A DNA stretch of 64,000 bases from NCBI GenBank assembly GCA_951406725.2, contig OX597820.1, forward strand, positions 88,474,001 to 88,538,000, in the 5' to 3' direction. This document shows positions 1 to 14,740 of this stretch, piece by piece. Position 1 is the first letter of the stretch. Each line of letters begins with the position of its first letter. This DNA comes from Octopus vulgaris. Its lineage: Eukaryota. Made by a program: the position numbers and the translations under genes. A model generated the notes under the pieces. The model saw only the letters and a program-made list of their open reading frames with translations, searched no databases and was not told the origin of the DNA.

Positions 1-351
1 CCGCCTTTAAGTGTCGCCAGCTGTCCGAATGTTGGTCTCAGCTGTAGTTTAAGGTCATTCACCATCTGCTGGATGCTGTCATAGGAGCCACCGGCTAAAT
101 TCCGATCGACTGTTAATTTTGGGGTTGAAGCGGTGGATCAGCACGGTGTAATCCACAGAGGCTAATATGGAGGTATTTATCATCTTGGTGGTGTTGCCAA
201 ATCTGGTCAGGCGTTTGAAGAAGGCGGAACGCGTTGGTGGTGAGATGCTCTTTAATTCGGACGTGGAGTGGTCATGTTGTGCTACCAATGTAGTGGTTGC
301 CGCATTTGGAAATGCGGTAACATCGGTAGCACAACAGCAACCGAGATTTTA

Positions 352-522
352 TTTCTCCCACCCCTCATACACCAAAAGAATCATTCCCTTTAACATAGTA
401 AAACGAATTTGCACTATAGTAATAGATGCAAAATTAAGGATTAAAAGATTACAAAAATTAAAAATACTTTTCTAAAAGAACAAAAGTATCCCACTAGATT
501 AATTCACGCAGCAATCACCAAA
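352..522 (+). mobile_element. Penelope-like element RT C-terminal/thumb fragment (frameshifted)
   Basis: Translates to HPSYTKRIIPFNIVKRICTIVIDAKLRIKRLQKLKILF, then KEQKYPTRLIHAAITK after a frameshift. This matches the PLE pattern HPxHTKRxIPFNLARRICTIV...YPxxLI. Confidence 0.75.
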
Positions 523-709
523 TCAAAAAAAAAAAAAAAAGAAAAATCCCAACTACGAGCCTTACAGGAAACCCATTGTCAACATTATCATTAAAATGAA
601 AATTATCTCCCCAAAAAACAATCTCTACTCATTTTTTCAAATATATTGTACTATACTAAGAACTTACATTTTATTATTCTACTATATATATATATATGTA
701 TACGCCATG

Positions 710-882
710 ATAGATCGCTAGCCACTACACATTTTTTTAGTTTCCCTCCTTGTTTCTTTTGTGTTCCTTCGTGTGTAGGAGCGTAGGCTCGAAACGTTAA
801 AGACTTTTTCATTTCCCGAGCGTTAAACTAATACGTCTGTTTGTTATCTACACCATCTGTCTTCGTCTTTTTTTTTGTGAAT

Positions 883-886
<4 letters not shown>
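710..886 (+). mobile_element. Non-coding PLE-end-like repeat ('family X') with a degenerate HHR motif
   Basis: Contains GAGCGTAGGCTCGAAACGTTAAAGAC. Homologous to 7394-7520, 15745-15941, 47050-47246 and 57438-57899. Confidence 0.7.
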
Positions 887-976
<90 letters not shown>

Positions 977-997
977 TAGATAGATAGACAGACAGAC

Positions 998-1050
<53 letters not shown>

Positions 1051-1575
1051 TGTTTCTTTATTAGCCACACAGGGCTGCACACAGATAGAACAAATTACAA
1101 GGTAGAGCTTTTCTTTTGAAGGTTTAAGAAAAAAAAAAAAAAAAAAGGAAGGGGGAGTTTCGATCAAAAGGGATCGTAAAAGGAGAGAAAGAGGACAAAA
1201 AAAAGGGGGTTTAAAAAAAAAGGGGGGAGGAAAAAAAATTGATCAATAGGGATCGTTATCACAGAAATGTCAATATGAAGTGTAAAGGGGAGGACAGGTG
1301 AGGTTTACCCGTGCAAAGAAAAGCCTACGGAAAAGACCACGGTAACCTCGGTCAATGATGTCACATTTTATATTTCTTTTTTTTTTTTTTTTTTTGCAAA
1401 TAAGCAACTCTCTGTTTTCGATTTCTGGGTTCATAGGACTATGCTCAAGGTGGCTTCGTCATTCATACGTGCCATTCTTGCTACATTCACCCATCTTTTT
1501 TTAAAACATTCGCTAGACAAAACTTGCCTCTCTACTCTCACTTTCCTTTTCAAGTGGTACTTGAAGAAGTTGATG

Positions 1576-1578
<3 letters not shown>
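1051..1578 (-). mobile_element. Tx1/L1-clade LINE 3' end (ORF2 C-terminus plus 3' UTR)
   Basis: LINFFKYHLKRKVRVERQVLSSECFKKRW is homologous to LIDFFKFHLKTKVMVERE in the LINE at 29726-31415. Ends in AATAAAGAAA and has (GATA)n on both sides. Confidence 0.75.
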
Positions 1579-1620
<42 letters not shown>

Positions 1621-1622
<2 letters not shown>

Positions 1623-2600
1623 AGGTGTCCCAAAATTAAGGCAACCAACATTTTCCAACTTTGCCAAAACAAAATATTGTTATATTTCGGGTCCAAGCGT
1701 TGCAATGCAATGGCAAAGGAAACACAATATGACACAACCATATCTATTCGATATGACCATCTCTGTTTCGAATCACAGCCCTAAGTGTAAGTTTGAAGGC
1801 TTCACACCCGGCATGCATCTGCTCTTGCGGAATCGAAGCTCATTTCTGGCAGTTTTGCCTTCAGAGCGTCGAGCAAAGCATGAGGAGTACATGAAACCCT
1901 CGTCTTGAAAATGGACCAACCAGAAAAATCTAACGGTCTAAGATCGGGGCGTCTTGAGGGCCATACAACTATGAACTTCAGAAATGTTTTTCTGAATCCA
2001 ATGTTGTGCCTGTTTGGAGCTGTGGGATGGTGCCGAGTCCTGTTGGAGGCTACAAGACGCGCCTTGAAGACCTTCCAGTGGCTATCATAGCCGTTCAAAC
2101 CGTAACTGACTGTGGATTTTGACATGGATTTACTAGTCTAACCTCGACGGAGCCAGATACACTCCAAAATCGGTAATTTACGGTGGTTTACTGTCTGTCC
2201 GATTTCAAATTTGTTTTCATCAGTAAACATCAGGTTGGGTAACACGCCTTCAGCAATCTGACGCAGGATAAGACGACTTCTCTCCAGTTTCATGCCCTTA
2301 TAAACTTGCGTGCGCTCATGTCGACGGATCATCTTGTAGGGGTGTGCACTGAGATCCTCCTTCAGCACTCGATACATCGATGTTCGGCTTGTTTTTGCTG
2401 TGGCAATCAGTTTTCTGACAGAACGACAAGGATTTCGCGTATCTTTTCTCTGGTATTTTTGGTAAGCTGAGGGGTTTGCACATTTTTTTCTTCTACCACG
2501 TTCAGGTCGATCAGCGGCGGAACTAGTCTCTTGAAATTTCTTGGCAGTTTTACAGCCTGACGTTCGGTTAATTTTAAGCTTTTTTTTTTTTTGCTACATT
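1621..2600 (-). mobile_element. Decayed Tc1/mariner transposon (maT/DD37D-like)
   Basis: Motifs RVLKEDLSAHPYKM, LMFTDENKF and WPSRRPDLRPLDFSGWSIF...PHALLDALKAKL; broken by frameshifts and stops. Confidence 0.85.
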
Positions 2601-2709
2601 TATATTACTTTCGCGTCCTTTATGGAAGGTTATACTTGTGTTTCGGTCTATAACCATTATTTAATCTATAAGGCTGAATTGCTTTAGTCTGAAATAAAAA
2701 GAAGACGCA

Positions 2710-3089
2710 CGGTAAGTAGCTTGCTAACCAACCACATGGTTCCGGGTTCAATCCCACTGCGTTGCATCTTAGGCAAGTGTCTTCTGCTATAGGCCCGGGT
2801 CGACCAATGCCTTGTGAGTGGATTTGGTAGACGGAAACTGAAAGAAGCCTGTCGTATATATGTATATATATATATGTGTGTGTTTGTGTGTCTGTGTTTG
2901 TCCCCCTAGCATTACTTGACAACCGATGCTGGTGTGTTTACGTCGGCAAAAGAGACCGATAGAATAAGTACTGGGCTTACAACGAATAAGTCCCGGGGTC
3001 GATTTGCTCGACTAAAGGTGGTGCTCCAGCATGGCCACAGTCAAATGACTGAAACAAGTAAAAGAGTAAAAGAGTAAAAGAGTAAAAGA

Positions 3090-3090
<1 letters not shown>
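2710..3090 (+). mobile_element. tRNA-derived SINE, family A
   Basis: B-box-like GGTTCAATCCC, CTTAGGCAAGTG core, internal TA/TG tract and (GTAAAAGA)n tail. More than 10 copies in the window. Confidence 0.85.
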
Positions 3091-3187
<97 letters not shown>

Positions 3188-3248
3188 GTTTAAATATTTG
3201 TTGTGCAAGATTATTGGCTAAACTGGCAATATGACCATTCCGAAATAT

Positions 3249-3296
<48 letters not shown>

Positions 3297-3384
3297 ATCT
3301 ACATATGTGTGTTTGTGTTAAATAAATGAGATAACAAGACCAAGGCAGTGTAATAGTTCTAGGACATTTATAAAGAGAAAGGTA

Positions 3385-3432
3385 GTCTTACAGCTGTTTC
3401 AGGGATATAAAAGACATCCCATCATCAGAGAC
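3385..3432 (-). ncRNA. Minimal type I hammerhead ribozyme (PLE-type)
   Basis: Minus strand reads GUCU-CUGAUGA-UGGGAU(gucuuuuau)AUCCCU-GAAAC-AGCU-GUA-AGAC: stem I, full core, palindromic loop 3, GUA site. Confidence 0.8.
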
Positions 3433-3649
3433 GATATGAGAGAGTTTCAATAGAATGAAATAGTAGAGTTCGTTATTTTATTTAACATATACACATTCAT
3501 TAGACTCATTAGACTCATTAGTCTCCCCACTTATACTATCATTGAACCGGGAGTCTTATAGCGGTCCTTCCGTAGCACTTACATAGCCTTGTACGTATAC
3601 GTATATATCTATGTGCGCGTATATTTACATATATTTCTTTCTCTTTTTA

Positions 3650-4050
3650 ATTTAGAATAAAGTTTGCCCGGTCACCGACTTGGTAGCAAGTTTGTGAAGG
3701 AAATTATCACTATTTAACCATCATTCTGTAAATCTTAAGAAGGTCTTGCAGTTTTTTACAGTCCCTGGTATAGTGATCACGTGTAGCTTAGGAATTAAGG
3801 ATTTGCATTCTCACCCCAAGATTCCATGATCAGGCATACTTTGCTCCAGACTGACTGGTATATATCCTATTGTTTCAATAGTAATAGGTATGAGACTGAA
3901 AGGGTATCTCGGGTACTGGGTTCGCCAACACCTTATTAATGGTCCATAGATATCCCCTTTCTCTTTTATTTTTCTAACCACATTCGTGTCCAGAGGGCAG
4001 CTTATTTCCACAACAGAGCATATCTTTTCTTTGTGGTCCCAACAGAACAT
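3650..4050 (-). mobile_element. R4/Dong-like LINE, REL endonuclease fragment and 3' end
   Basis: WDHKEKICSVVEISCPLDTNV...IPITIETIGYIP resembles the C-terminus of a restriction-like endonuclease. Confidence 0.7.
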
Positions 4051-5099
4051 GTCTTGTGTGTATGTACGTACGTATGTATGTATGTATGTATGTATGTATG
4101 TATGTATGTATGTATGTATGTATGTATGTATGTATGTATTTATGTATGTATGTATGTATGTATGTATGTATGTATGTATATATGTATGTATATATGTATG
4201 TATATATGTACGTATGTATGTATGTATATATGTATGTATATATGTATGTATATATGTATGTACGTACGTACGTACGTATGTATGTATATATGTATGTATG
4301 AACGAATGTATGTATAAAGTATGTTTTTCTTTGGGATCATTTAAGTTTTAATCCTTTGTAGAATCGAAACCAGCCACAAATAAAGGGAAAATTCTCTTGG
4401 AGCCTGTGAATGTCTATATTAGTCAGCGTGCCTCACTGCAGTTTATCTGTCTGTGTGTGTAGTCTATATGTACATTTCGTTGTTATTATGCAAAAGTGTC
4501 GTAAGTCCAAAAAGTTACTGTTTCAGAAAATGGAGAAATAGTTTCAACATTTCATTTCTTTTTACATTAGCAACAGCTTCCAGCTTAACAATAATACTTT
4601 GTTTGGTGCATAAAATCGTAACGCCATGCATGTATGATATTTTCAGTTAGAAATATTTTTGCAAAATTGTCGTTTGTGGGACTTACTACACTTATGAAAA
4701 ATGCTAAACCGTTGTACTACGCTTTGATAATTTTCATCTGGAGCAGCTGGAGATACGATAGTTTGACCAAAAGAACCGGCTATTGCAAGCAAAATTAAAT
4801 ATTGAAACCCCCCACACACACACACACACATTTGTCCAAATTTGGACATACGACAGTTTAACATAATAGCAACGATTTGATTATTTCAATGTGTTTAGCT
4901 CAGAAACGGCAAATGGAGAATCTCGGAAATGTTTTGCAACTTTTAACGGTACCCCTAAATGAATATATTTGCGATAATATAATACGAATTAAGCCGTTTT
5001 GTTCTTTTCGGGTATAGCCATCAACACAATAATTAATGTGCTTAAAATTGGAGACGGTTTCATCGACAATGTCATATCTCACTGGATGGTGGATATCTC

Positions 5100-5400
5100 A
5101 CTGGATGGTGGATATCTCATTTTGGCACAGTTTCTAATGATATCACTGATATCTTACACCAGTCGTATCGCACAATCAACAGTTACTATCACAACTTACT
5201 TCTCTTGTTGATCAGAGTCCCGGAACTTTTTGATGCCATCTCGTATTTAGCAGCTGTCTCCTGTTCTCGGATAGTAAAACTGTAGCATACTCGACCAGAT
5301 GTGATGTAGCTACAGAAGTTCCAGGAGAGGCTACGATTGCTGTTAATATTAATTGTATTCTCTAAGCAGAAAATTATAACTTCTGCTGCTGTAATGAATA
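5100..5400 (-). mobile_element. Decayed R4/Dong-like LINE fragment
   Basis: FTIREQETAAKY is similar to FAIQEQEIATKY at ~11060 and is followed by a degenerate CxxC. Confidence 0.5.
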
Positions 5401-5412
5401 TTTCTCCATTAA

Positions 5413-5632
5413 CCCTTTAGTGTTCAGATTACTCTGTTAAATGTAATACTTTTTCACTCAAATTGTTTTGAATTAATCCTGCATTATCTTATAGTTTTGA
5501 GGTTTCAATGATGTGATTGTTTATTTTAAGAATGTCAGTGTAGGTTAGGTGTGAGAGGCTAGATATGGCCAGTTTGAATATAAAACATGTATAATATTTG
5601 GGCCAGATATGGCCGGTTTAAACACTAAAGGG
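5413..5632. mobile_element. piggyBac-type MITE
   Basis: TTAA|CCCTTTAGTGTT...AACACTAAAGGG|TTTA: terminal inverted repeats with TTAA-like target sites. Confidence 0.7.
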
Positions 5633-5884
5633 TTTAGTAAGTTAGTCCCATTGCTTTTCGTTTATATGGAACAGCTATATACTCAGTAAATGTTTTCATA
5701 CGTGTTTAATATGTACATATATGTATGCATATACGTACATATATGTATACGTACATTAATGCATGCATGTATATATACATACATGCACACATACACACCA
5801 ATATGAGTGTGTGTGTGTGTGTATCTAATTGTATCTCTATCTTTACATAACGTTCGTTCGTGTATTTATGCATACAAGTATATA

Positions 5885-5930
<46 letters not shown>

Positions 5931-5933
<3 letters not shown>

Positions 5934-7351
5934 TTAATAGGGTGCGTGCGTTTAGTCGTATAATATGTTAATAAAATAGAACATATGCATATATATAAAC
6001 ATATATGTACGCACCCACCTCTACATGTACATATACACGCATATATGTGTACAGGACACCAAAAAGACGTCGAACACATAGAGAGACGAAAAACATAGAC
6101 ACAAACCAAGGAACAGGACAAGCAAAAAAGAAAAAAGAGATACAGGACAATAAGCACAACGAAAAATCCCCTTCTTCAGTCGCTAAGGTTTCATCTACTC
6201 TACGTTTCGAAGGATAAAAGCGAGACGTATACTTCGAAGAAACTTCCTTCCTGCGAAAAGCAAATCAATTAAAATTCTGAGATCTTTTCGCAGAGGGGTA
6301 AAAAATGGTAAAAAAAGCAAGACGGTAACGACAGTACAAACATATAAACAGTAAAAAAAAAAAAAATTATATATAAACAGTTGAAAAATAAATATATAAC
6401 AGTGAGAGACAGGACAAGGAGAACAAGATAAGAAGGGCTGTTTACGCCAGACGAAAAAAGTAATGCAAACGCTGGATTATAGTGGACGACGAGAGAGAAA
6501 GAATGTCGACCAGTGGCCTTAGAAGGCGGGCGAGAAAAGACAGGATAGCAGTTACGACGGAAGTATCGTCGCAGATGGACGACGGGAATGGGGGAGGAGG
6601 AGCAAGAGGAAGAGAGAGAAGAAGGGGAATGGTGCGAGGAGACCATGAAGAATGGTGAGGGGGAGAGAGAGAATGAAGAATGAGAGAGAGAGGAAGAGAC
6701 AAGTTAAGTGAGGGAAAAAGGACGAAAAAGGGAATGGGAGAGAAAGAAAGAAAGATGCAGAGTCGCGTGAGAGTTAATATCAAGGCTAACTTGATAAACA
6801 GAACAATCTTACTTAATAGGGTGCGTGCGTTTAGTCGTATAATATGTTAATAAAATAGAACATATGCATATATATAAACATATATGTACGCACCCACCTC
6901 TACATGTACATATACACGCATATATGTGTACAGGACACCAAAAAGACGTCGAACACATAGAGAGACGAAAAACATAGACACAAACCAAGGAACAGGACAA
7001 GCAAAAAAGAAAAAAAGAGATACAGGACAATAAGCACAACGAAAAATCCCCTTCTTCAGTCGCTAAGGTTTCATCTACTCTACGTTTCGAAGGATAAAAG
7101 CGAGACGTATACTTCGAAGAAACTTCCTTCCTGCGAAAAGCAAATCAATTAAAATTCTGAGATCTTTTCGCAGAGGGGTAAAAAATGGTAAAAAAAGCAA
7201 GACGGTAACGACAGTACAAACATATAAACAGTAAAAAAAAAAAAAAATTATATATAAACAGTTGAAAAATAAATATATAACAGTGAGAGACAGGACAAGG
7301 AGAACAAGATAAGAAGGGCTGTTTACGCCAGACGAAAAAAGTAATGCAAAC
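5931..7351. repeat. ~540 bp near-identical direct repeat (5931-6470 and 6810-7351; period 879 bp)
   Basis: Copies appear to differ only in A-run lengths. A diverged relative lies at ~13370-13660. Confidence 0.9.
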
Positions 7352-7393
7352 ATAAATACATACATACATACACACACACATATATATATATGG

Positions 7394-7520
7394 AGAATTC
7401 ACAAAAAAACAAAAGATGAAGGCAGGTGGTGTAGACAACAAACAGATGTATTAGTATAACACTCGAGAAGTGAAAAAAAATCTTTAACGTTTCGAGCCTA
7501 CGCTCTTCCACAGAAAGGAA
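7394..7520 (-). mobile_element. Family X PLE-end-like repeat with HHR-like motif
   Basis: Plus strand TCTTTAACGTTTCGAGCCTACGCTCTTCCACAGAAAG is the reverse complement of the family X motif. Confidence 0.7.
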
Positions 7521-7564
7521 CACATGTGTGTGTGTTTGTATGCATGCATGAATGCATGTATACA

Positions 7565-7618
<54 letters not shown>

Positions 7619-7674
7619 TTATTAGAAACAAAACCACTATTTTCCCTGTAAATTTGGATTTATTCCCTAATATT

Positions 7675-7679
<5 letters not shown>

Positions 7680-7719
<40 letters not shown>

Positions 7720-7733
7720 CATGCATGAATACA

Positions 7734-7787
<54 letters not shown>

Positions 7788-8637
7788 TCACACACGTATG
7801 TGTATGCAGCTCTACGTCTTTATAACATGCGCGTGTACTCTGGCGTTTGTTTTATGTGCATGTAAGAGAGTGAAAGAAAAGGACAGTGGTTGGTGTATGT
7901 CTTTGTATGAGTAAGTGTAACTATGTGCGTGTGTGCGTGCGCGTAAGTGTGTGTGTATATGTGTGTGTCTGTGTGCGCGTGGTTAGTGTAGTTGTGAGTC
8001 ATATATAATACGTCTGTGTTATCTCTAAGGTTTGTTTCCCTGTAACACAACAATGTATCAAGTGTTATTAATGAGGAGAGATTTACTTGCCAACTGGTGG
8101 CCTATAACGTACACACACACACACACGCACGCATGCATATATGTGTATACGCATACATACTCATATGAATATACGCATACATACGCATACACACATAAGC
8201 ATACATACGAGTGCACGCACACACACACACACACACACAGACACACACAGACACACACATATATATATATACATGTACATACATTCACATACGCAGACAG
8301 ATGTGCATACAAATGACTACAGGATACTAGGATACTCGTATCCACTTATCACAGAAACTTATACACGAGAGAGGGGGAGTGAGACAGAGAGAGAGAGAGA
8401 GAGAGTGGGAAGGAGGTGTGAGTGTGAGGGAAAGAGTGTGTGTGGATAGATCCTGTCATGCACGTATGCACACGTTTGCATACGCATAGACTGAGCCACA
8501 AATACGCACAGAGCCGCAAATACACATCTACATGTTTTATACACATAAAGAGAAGCAGAATTGAGAAAGAGAGACGTAAAGTGAGAGGGAGTGCAGAGAG
8601 AGAAAATTACATAGGATATAACACACACGCACACACA

Positions 8638-8688
<51 letters not shown>

Positions 8689-9030
8689 ACATACACGCAT
8701 ACACACACGAACATATTCATGAACAATGGCAAGCATATACAAACATATACATACACGCGCAAATACACACACACACACACGCGCGCGCGCAAAATGCATG
8801 TACATGTGCACATGCACGCAAGCGCATGCACACACACTCACACACATACACATACACATACACACACAAACATATGCGTGCCTAAAGGCAAGCATGTACA
8901 AACACAAACATATGCCCGCAAATGTACACACACACAAAACGCAAGCACATGCACACATACACGCGCAAGCGCGGGCACACCCAGATACACATAAACCCAG
9001 ACACACACACACACACGCACATACACACAT

Positions 9031-9095
<65 letters not shown>

Positions 9096-9162
9096 CAAAC
9101 ACTCAGACAATGAAATACGCAGATCTCGGAGGAAGAGCGATGAAAATGAAAGAAAGAAATGA

Positions 9163-9214
<52 letters not shown>

Positions 9215-9218
9215 AAAG

Positions 9219-9257
<39 letters not shown>

Positions 9258-9397
9258 GGAAGGAGGGAGGAAGGAAAAAAGAGAGACTTGGGCAAACATA
9301 CATGGAGAGACAAACACAGCCATAGATAAAAAGCACGCACATTATATGCATACTCATATATAGAGAGAGAGAAAGAGAGAGAGAGAGAGAAAGAGAA

Positions 9398-9428
<31 letters not shown>

Positions 9429-9449
9429 AAGAGAAAGAGAGAGAGAGAA

Positions 9450-9486
<37 letters not shown>

Positions 9487-9958
9487 CACTGACAGACAGA
9501 CAGACAGAGAATAAGTGAGAGAGAGAGAGAGGGCGAGAGAGAGAGACAAACAGAACGATTCGTTGTTAAGACGAAGTATATGGGAAATACGTGTTTTCTG
9601 TGGTTGGTTTGTTAGGTTGTTGTCAAGTGAAGACACATGAGGGTAAGTGGTGAGCTCGCGGCGGGCGTCTGACAGTCATTGACTTGTCTTTTACATAAGA
9701 TACTTTTTTGTTTCTTTCTTGCTAACCGAGACACGGGAACCAACGTCGCTACCGCCACCACTAGCATCATCATCACCATTATCGTCATCATCATCATCAT
9801 TATCGTCATCATCTACTCACCTCCACTGTCACCGCCACCCCTTCTTCTTCTTCTTCTTCTTCTTCTTCTTCTTCTTCTTCTTCTTCTTCTTCTTCTTCTT
9901 CTTCTTCTTCTTCTTCTACTTCTTCTTCTTCTTCTTCTTTACACAAACACACACATAC

Positions 9959-9991
<33 letters not shown>

Positions 9992-10041
9992 CTATGTATT
10001 ATATATGTGCGCGTGTATATATATATGTATGTGTATATATA

Positions 10042-10073
<32 letters not shown>

Positions 10074-10091
10074 AATGTGCACATGCATACT

Positions 10092-10150
<59 letters not shown>

Positions 10151-10196
10151 ATTTATGTATATATATATATATATGTATATATGTATATATATATAC

Positions 10197-10228
<32 letters not shown>

Positions 10229-10230
10229 TT
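7680..10230. repeat. Microsatellite-dense region (CA, TA, GA, GAAA, GATA, CTT)
   Basis: Directly visible simple repeats. Confidence 0.95.
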
Positions 10231-10654
10231 GTTTGCGTACAAGGTTAAGTAGGAATAAAACGTTCTTGGAAGAGTATATTAGTAATAATAATGATAATGA
10301 TGTTAACCCGAAGAAATGAGGGAATTGTGCCTTTATTCACATGCAAGTAAAAAGTGTCTTAATTTTTTTTTTTTTTTTCAAAGAAATCATATGAAAGGGA
10401 AATAAATAAATAAAATGAAATGATATAAAATATTTCCGCTTTTTACATTTATGAAATTTTCGTTCGATGCTTGGGAATGTTTGTGCTTCTCCTGAAACGA
10501 AGTTCAGTTTTCAATTTGCTTTATATACGGAGAAGTAGTGTGGTAAGGATGTGGTGTGAATATACAATTTCGACAATACGTCAAGCAATCGACAAATTGG
10601 GTCGGTCAATGGTTACTGTAGGGCCCACATCTGCTCGACCAGTATAAATAAAAT

Positions 10655-10901
10655 AAATGCGCCCTTTTAAAGCCTCGCCAGGCTCATGGGCCCGGTTTCC
10701 CGGTTTCAATGGCGTATGTGTTCCCCAGCTGAACGGGACGCCAGTCCATCGCGGCGTTACTCATTTTTGCCAGCTGAGTGGACTGGAGCAACGTGAAATG
10801 AAGTGTCTTGCTCAAGAACACAAAGCGTCGCCCGGTCCAGGAATCGAAACCACAATCTTACGATCATGGTGCTGACACCCTAACCACTAAGCCACGCGCC
10901 A
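10655..10901 (-). mobile_element. tRNA-derived SINE, family D (V-SINE-like core)
   Basis: Minus strand GGCGCGTGGCTTAGTGGTTAGG (A box), GTTTCGATTCC (B box) and GCGATGGACTGGCGTCCCGT. Confidence 0.8.
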
Positions 10902-10944
10902 CCTTCGACCACTATACCCCCATCCAATAAAACAAAAAAAAACA

Positions 10945-11745
10945 AAACATGCATAGGTATGTTTCCTGAAGACTTGAAGAAGACAGTAACATTAGTATGA
11001 AGCGAAGCTTCTATTGCACTCCTATCTGCTACATTACACCACACACTTCGAAGGTTATGCATTTGCTATCCAGGAACAGGAGATTGCTACTAAATACCTA
11101 ATCAACAAAAAAGACAGCGAAGCCCTTGGAGTTTCAAGATGCAACCAAAAATGTAGATTATATCATATTTCTGTGGAAGGCATCACACATGTAATTCGCA
11201 GATGTACAAAAATGTCATCAAGGTACAACCTTCCTATGAACACGACTTTGTCGCAAAAAACAGTACACAATGCTATCCACAAAAGATGCTGTCCTTGAAT
11301 AAATATCGACAATCACCCTTTTGTTGAATACATAAACGAAACATCAACACAAAGAATAGTGGTGAAACGTTACCATCAAAACATCTGTCAAGTATAAGCA
11401 TAACAGGCCGGATATTGTCACTTGGGACGGACAAAAAAATGTGTGTACCGTCATAGCGGTCAGTTGTCCTGCTGATGTGAATATCTCTGAAAATAAAAGA
11501 GAAAAAGGGGAACTATGGACAACTGTTTCGAAACTTCCAGCTTCTATATCCAAATTACAAATTTACATTTATACCAATAGTAATTGGTGGACTTAGTTTT
11601 GTGAACAGATGCTTAAGTGACAGACTAGATAAGCTTGGCATTTCAGACAAAAGAAAATCAACTAACTCGCACATGATAAATTCAATCTGTAAATGGAACA
11701 TAAAATATGTAAAACTCTTCTCAAGTTTAAAATGTGACATTGTTT
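10945..11745 (+). mobile_element. R4/Dong-like LINE 3' part (zinc finger plus REL endonuclease), decayed
   Basis: HFEGYAFAIQEQEIATKY, CRL..EGITHVIRRC and KHNRPDIVTWD motifs. Confidence 0.8.
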
Positions 11746-11849
11746 TCGTAATCAACTTTCCAATGATGGGGCTTTATATCTTTGTTAGAAGCCAGCTCCT
11801 TACTCAGAGGAAGAATTTAAATAATTAAAAACAAGAGAACATACATTCC

Positions 11850-11888
11850 GATCTTCTGATAGAAGACTATTGTCCGAAACGTCGGGTC
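11850..11888 (+). ncRNA. Degenerate minimal HHR-like motif
   Basis: GATCT-TCTGATAGA-AGAC(tatt)GTCC-GAAAC-GTC-GGGTC; the core carries extra bases. Confidence 0.45.
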
Positions 11889-12006
11889 TCCCTTCCTTTA
11901 GGTTTATATGAAAAGCTTTCTCAAAACGAGACTGCAAACTACATTTCTCAGATTTCTTAATTATATCCCTGTGATGTAAGATATATTGAATGCTATATGT
12001 GTATGT

Positions 12007-12309
12007 GTGGAGGCGCAATGGCCCAATGGTTAGGGCAGCGGACTCGCGGTCGTAGGATTGCGGTTTCGATTCCCAGACCAGGCGTTGTGAGTGTTTATTG
12101 AGCGAAAACACCTAAAAGCTCCACGACGCTCCGGCAGCGGGTGGTGGCAATCCCTGCTGTACTCTTTCGCCACAATTTTCTCTCACTCTTTCTTCTGTAG
12201 GCCTGCTCGCTTAGCCAGCGGGGTGGCGTCATTTGAAGGCTAAAACAATGCTAAGCGCATTGTGACCAGCGATGTGTAGCAACATCTGCTAGCCTGGTCG
12301 GTCACGTGA
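12007..12309 (+). mobile_element. tRNA-derived SINE, family C
   Basis: A box TGGCCCAATGG and B box GTTTCGATTCC; close copy at 44119-44424. Confidence 0.85.
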
Positions 12310-12403
12310 GTGATATGTGTATGTGCGTGCATGTGTATGCGTTGTATGTGTGTGTGAGGGAGAGAGAGAGAATATGTGCAATTATGTGTGTGTGTATGTG
12401 TGC

Positions 12404-12441
<38 letters not shown>

Positions 12442-12724
12442 TTGTATGTAGCTCCTTACTAATGTAATACTTTACATTGTGCGAATGTTCCAGCCGAGCC
12501 GTACTTTTTCATTACCCTTGAAAGTATAATAATGGAATAAGATACTTATGCAAGTGTAACTTATTATGCTTTTATAAATATTCTTACATTGTACATGTAT
12601 TAAGTCAATACTAATGTTTTCCAGATCTATAAATTAATTCACATGCACGAGCCTGCATTGACGCACAATATATACATATGCTTGCATTAATGCATATGTA
12701 TGTTTCAATATATACATACATACA

Positions 12725-12815
<91 letters not shown>

Positions 12816-12847
12816 GTGTGTGTGATTGTGTATAGAAGAATATATTA

Positions 12848-13311
<464 letters not shown>

Positions 13312-13777
13312 AGATATAGATATATATATATATATAGATAAAACTTACTTGGAATAGGATGCGTGCCGTTCGATCATATAACAATATAAATAATATATAA
13401 ATATATGCATATATACATACATATATGTACATACCTACATATATATGTATATATACCTGCATATATGGGTACAGGACATAAAAAAAAACGTGGAACACAA
13501 TGAGATACGAAAACATAAAAACAAAAACACAGAAACGAACTTTCTTTAAACAACGAAAAAAAAAACAGAGTAGAAGACATACAACACAAGGAAAATTCCC
13601 CTAGTTCAGTTGTCCCTGTTTCGCTTACTCCGCTTTTCGAAGGTAAGGACAAGACTTGTAATCTTTTTTTTTTTTTTCGTTGTTTAAAAAAGTTCGTTTT
13701 TATATATACATATATATATGTAGGGTTTGTACATATATGTATGTATATATGCATATATTTATATATCATTTATATTG

Positions 13778-14740
<963 letters not shown>

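Noticed and set aside
6160-6225. Possible type II hammerhead on the minus strand (AUCCUUC-GAAAC-GUA...CUGAAGA-AGGGGAU), repeated at ~7040-7100
   Set aside because: Stem I does not pair next to the core, and the related copy at ~13600 lacks the motifs.
12007-12085. tRNA-like sequences at SINE heads
   Set aside because: They continue into multi-copy SINE bodies and lack a complete cloverleaf, so they are not tRNA genes.
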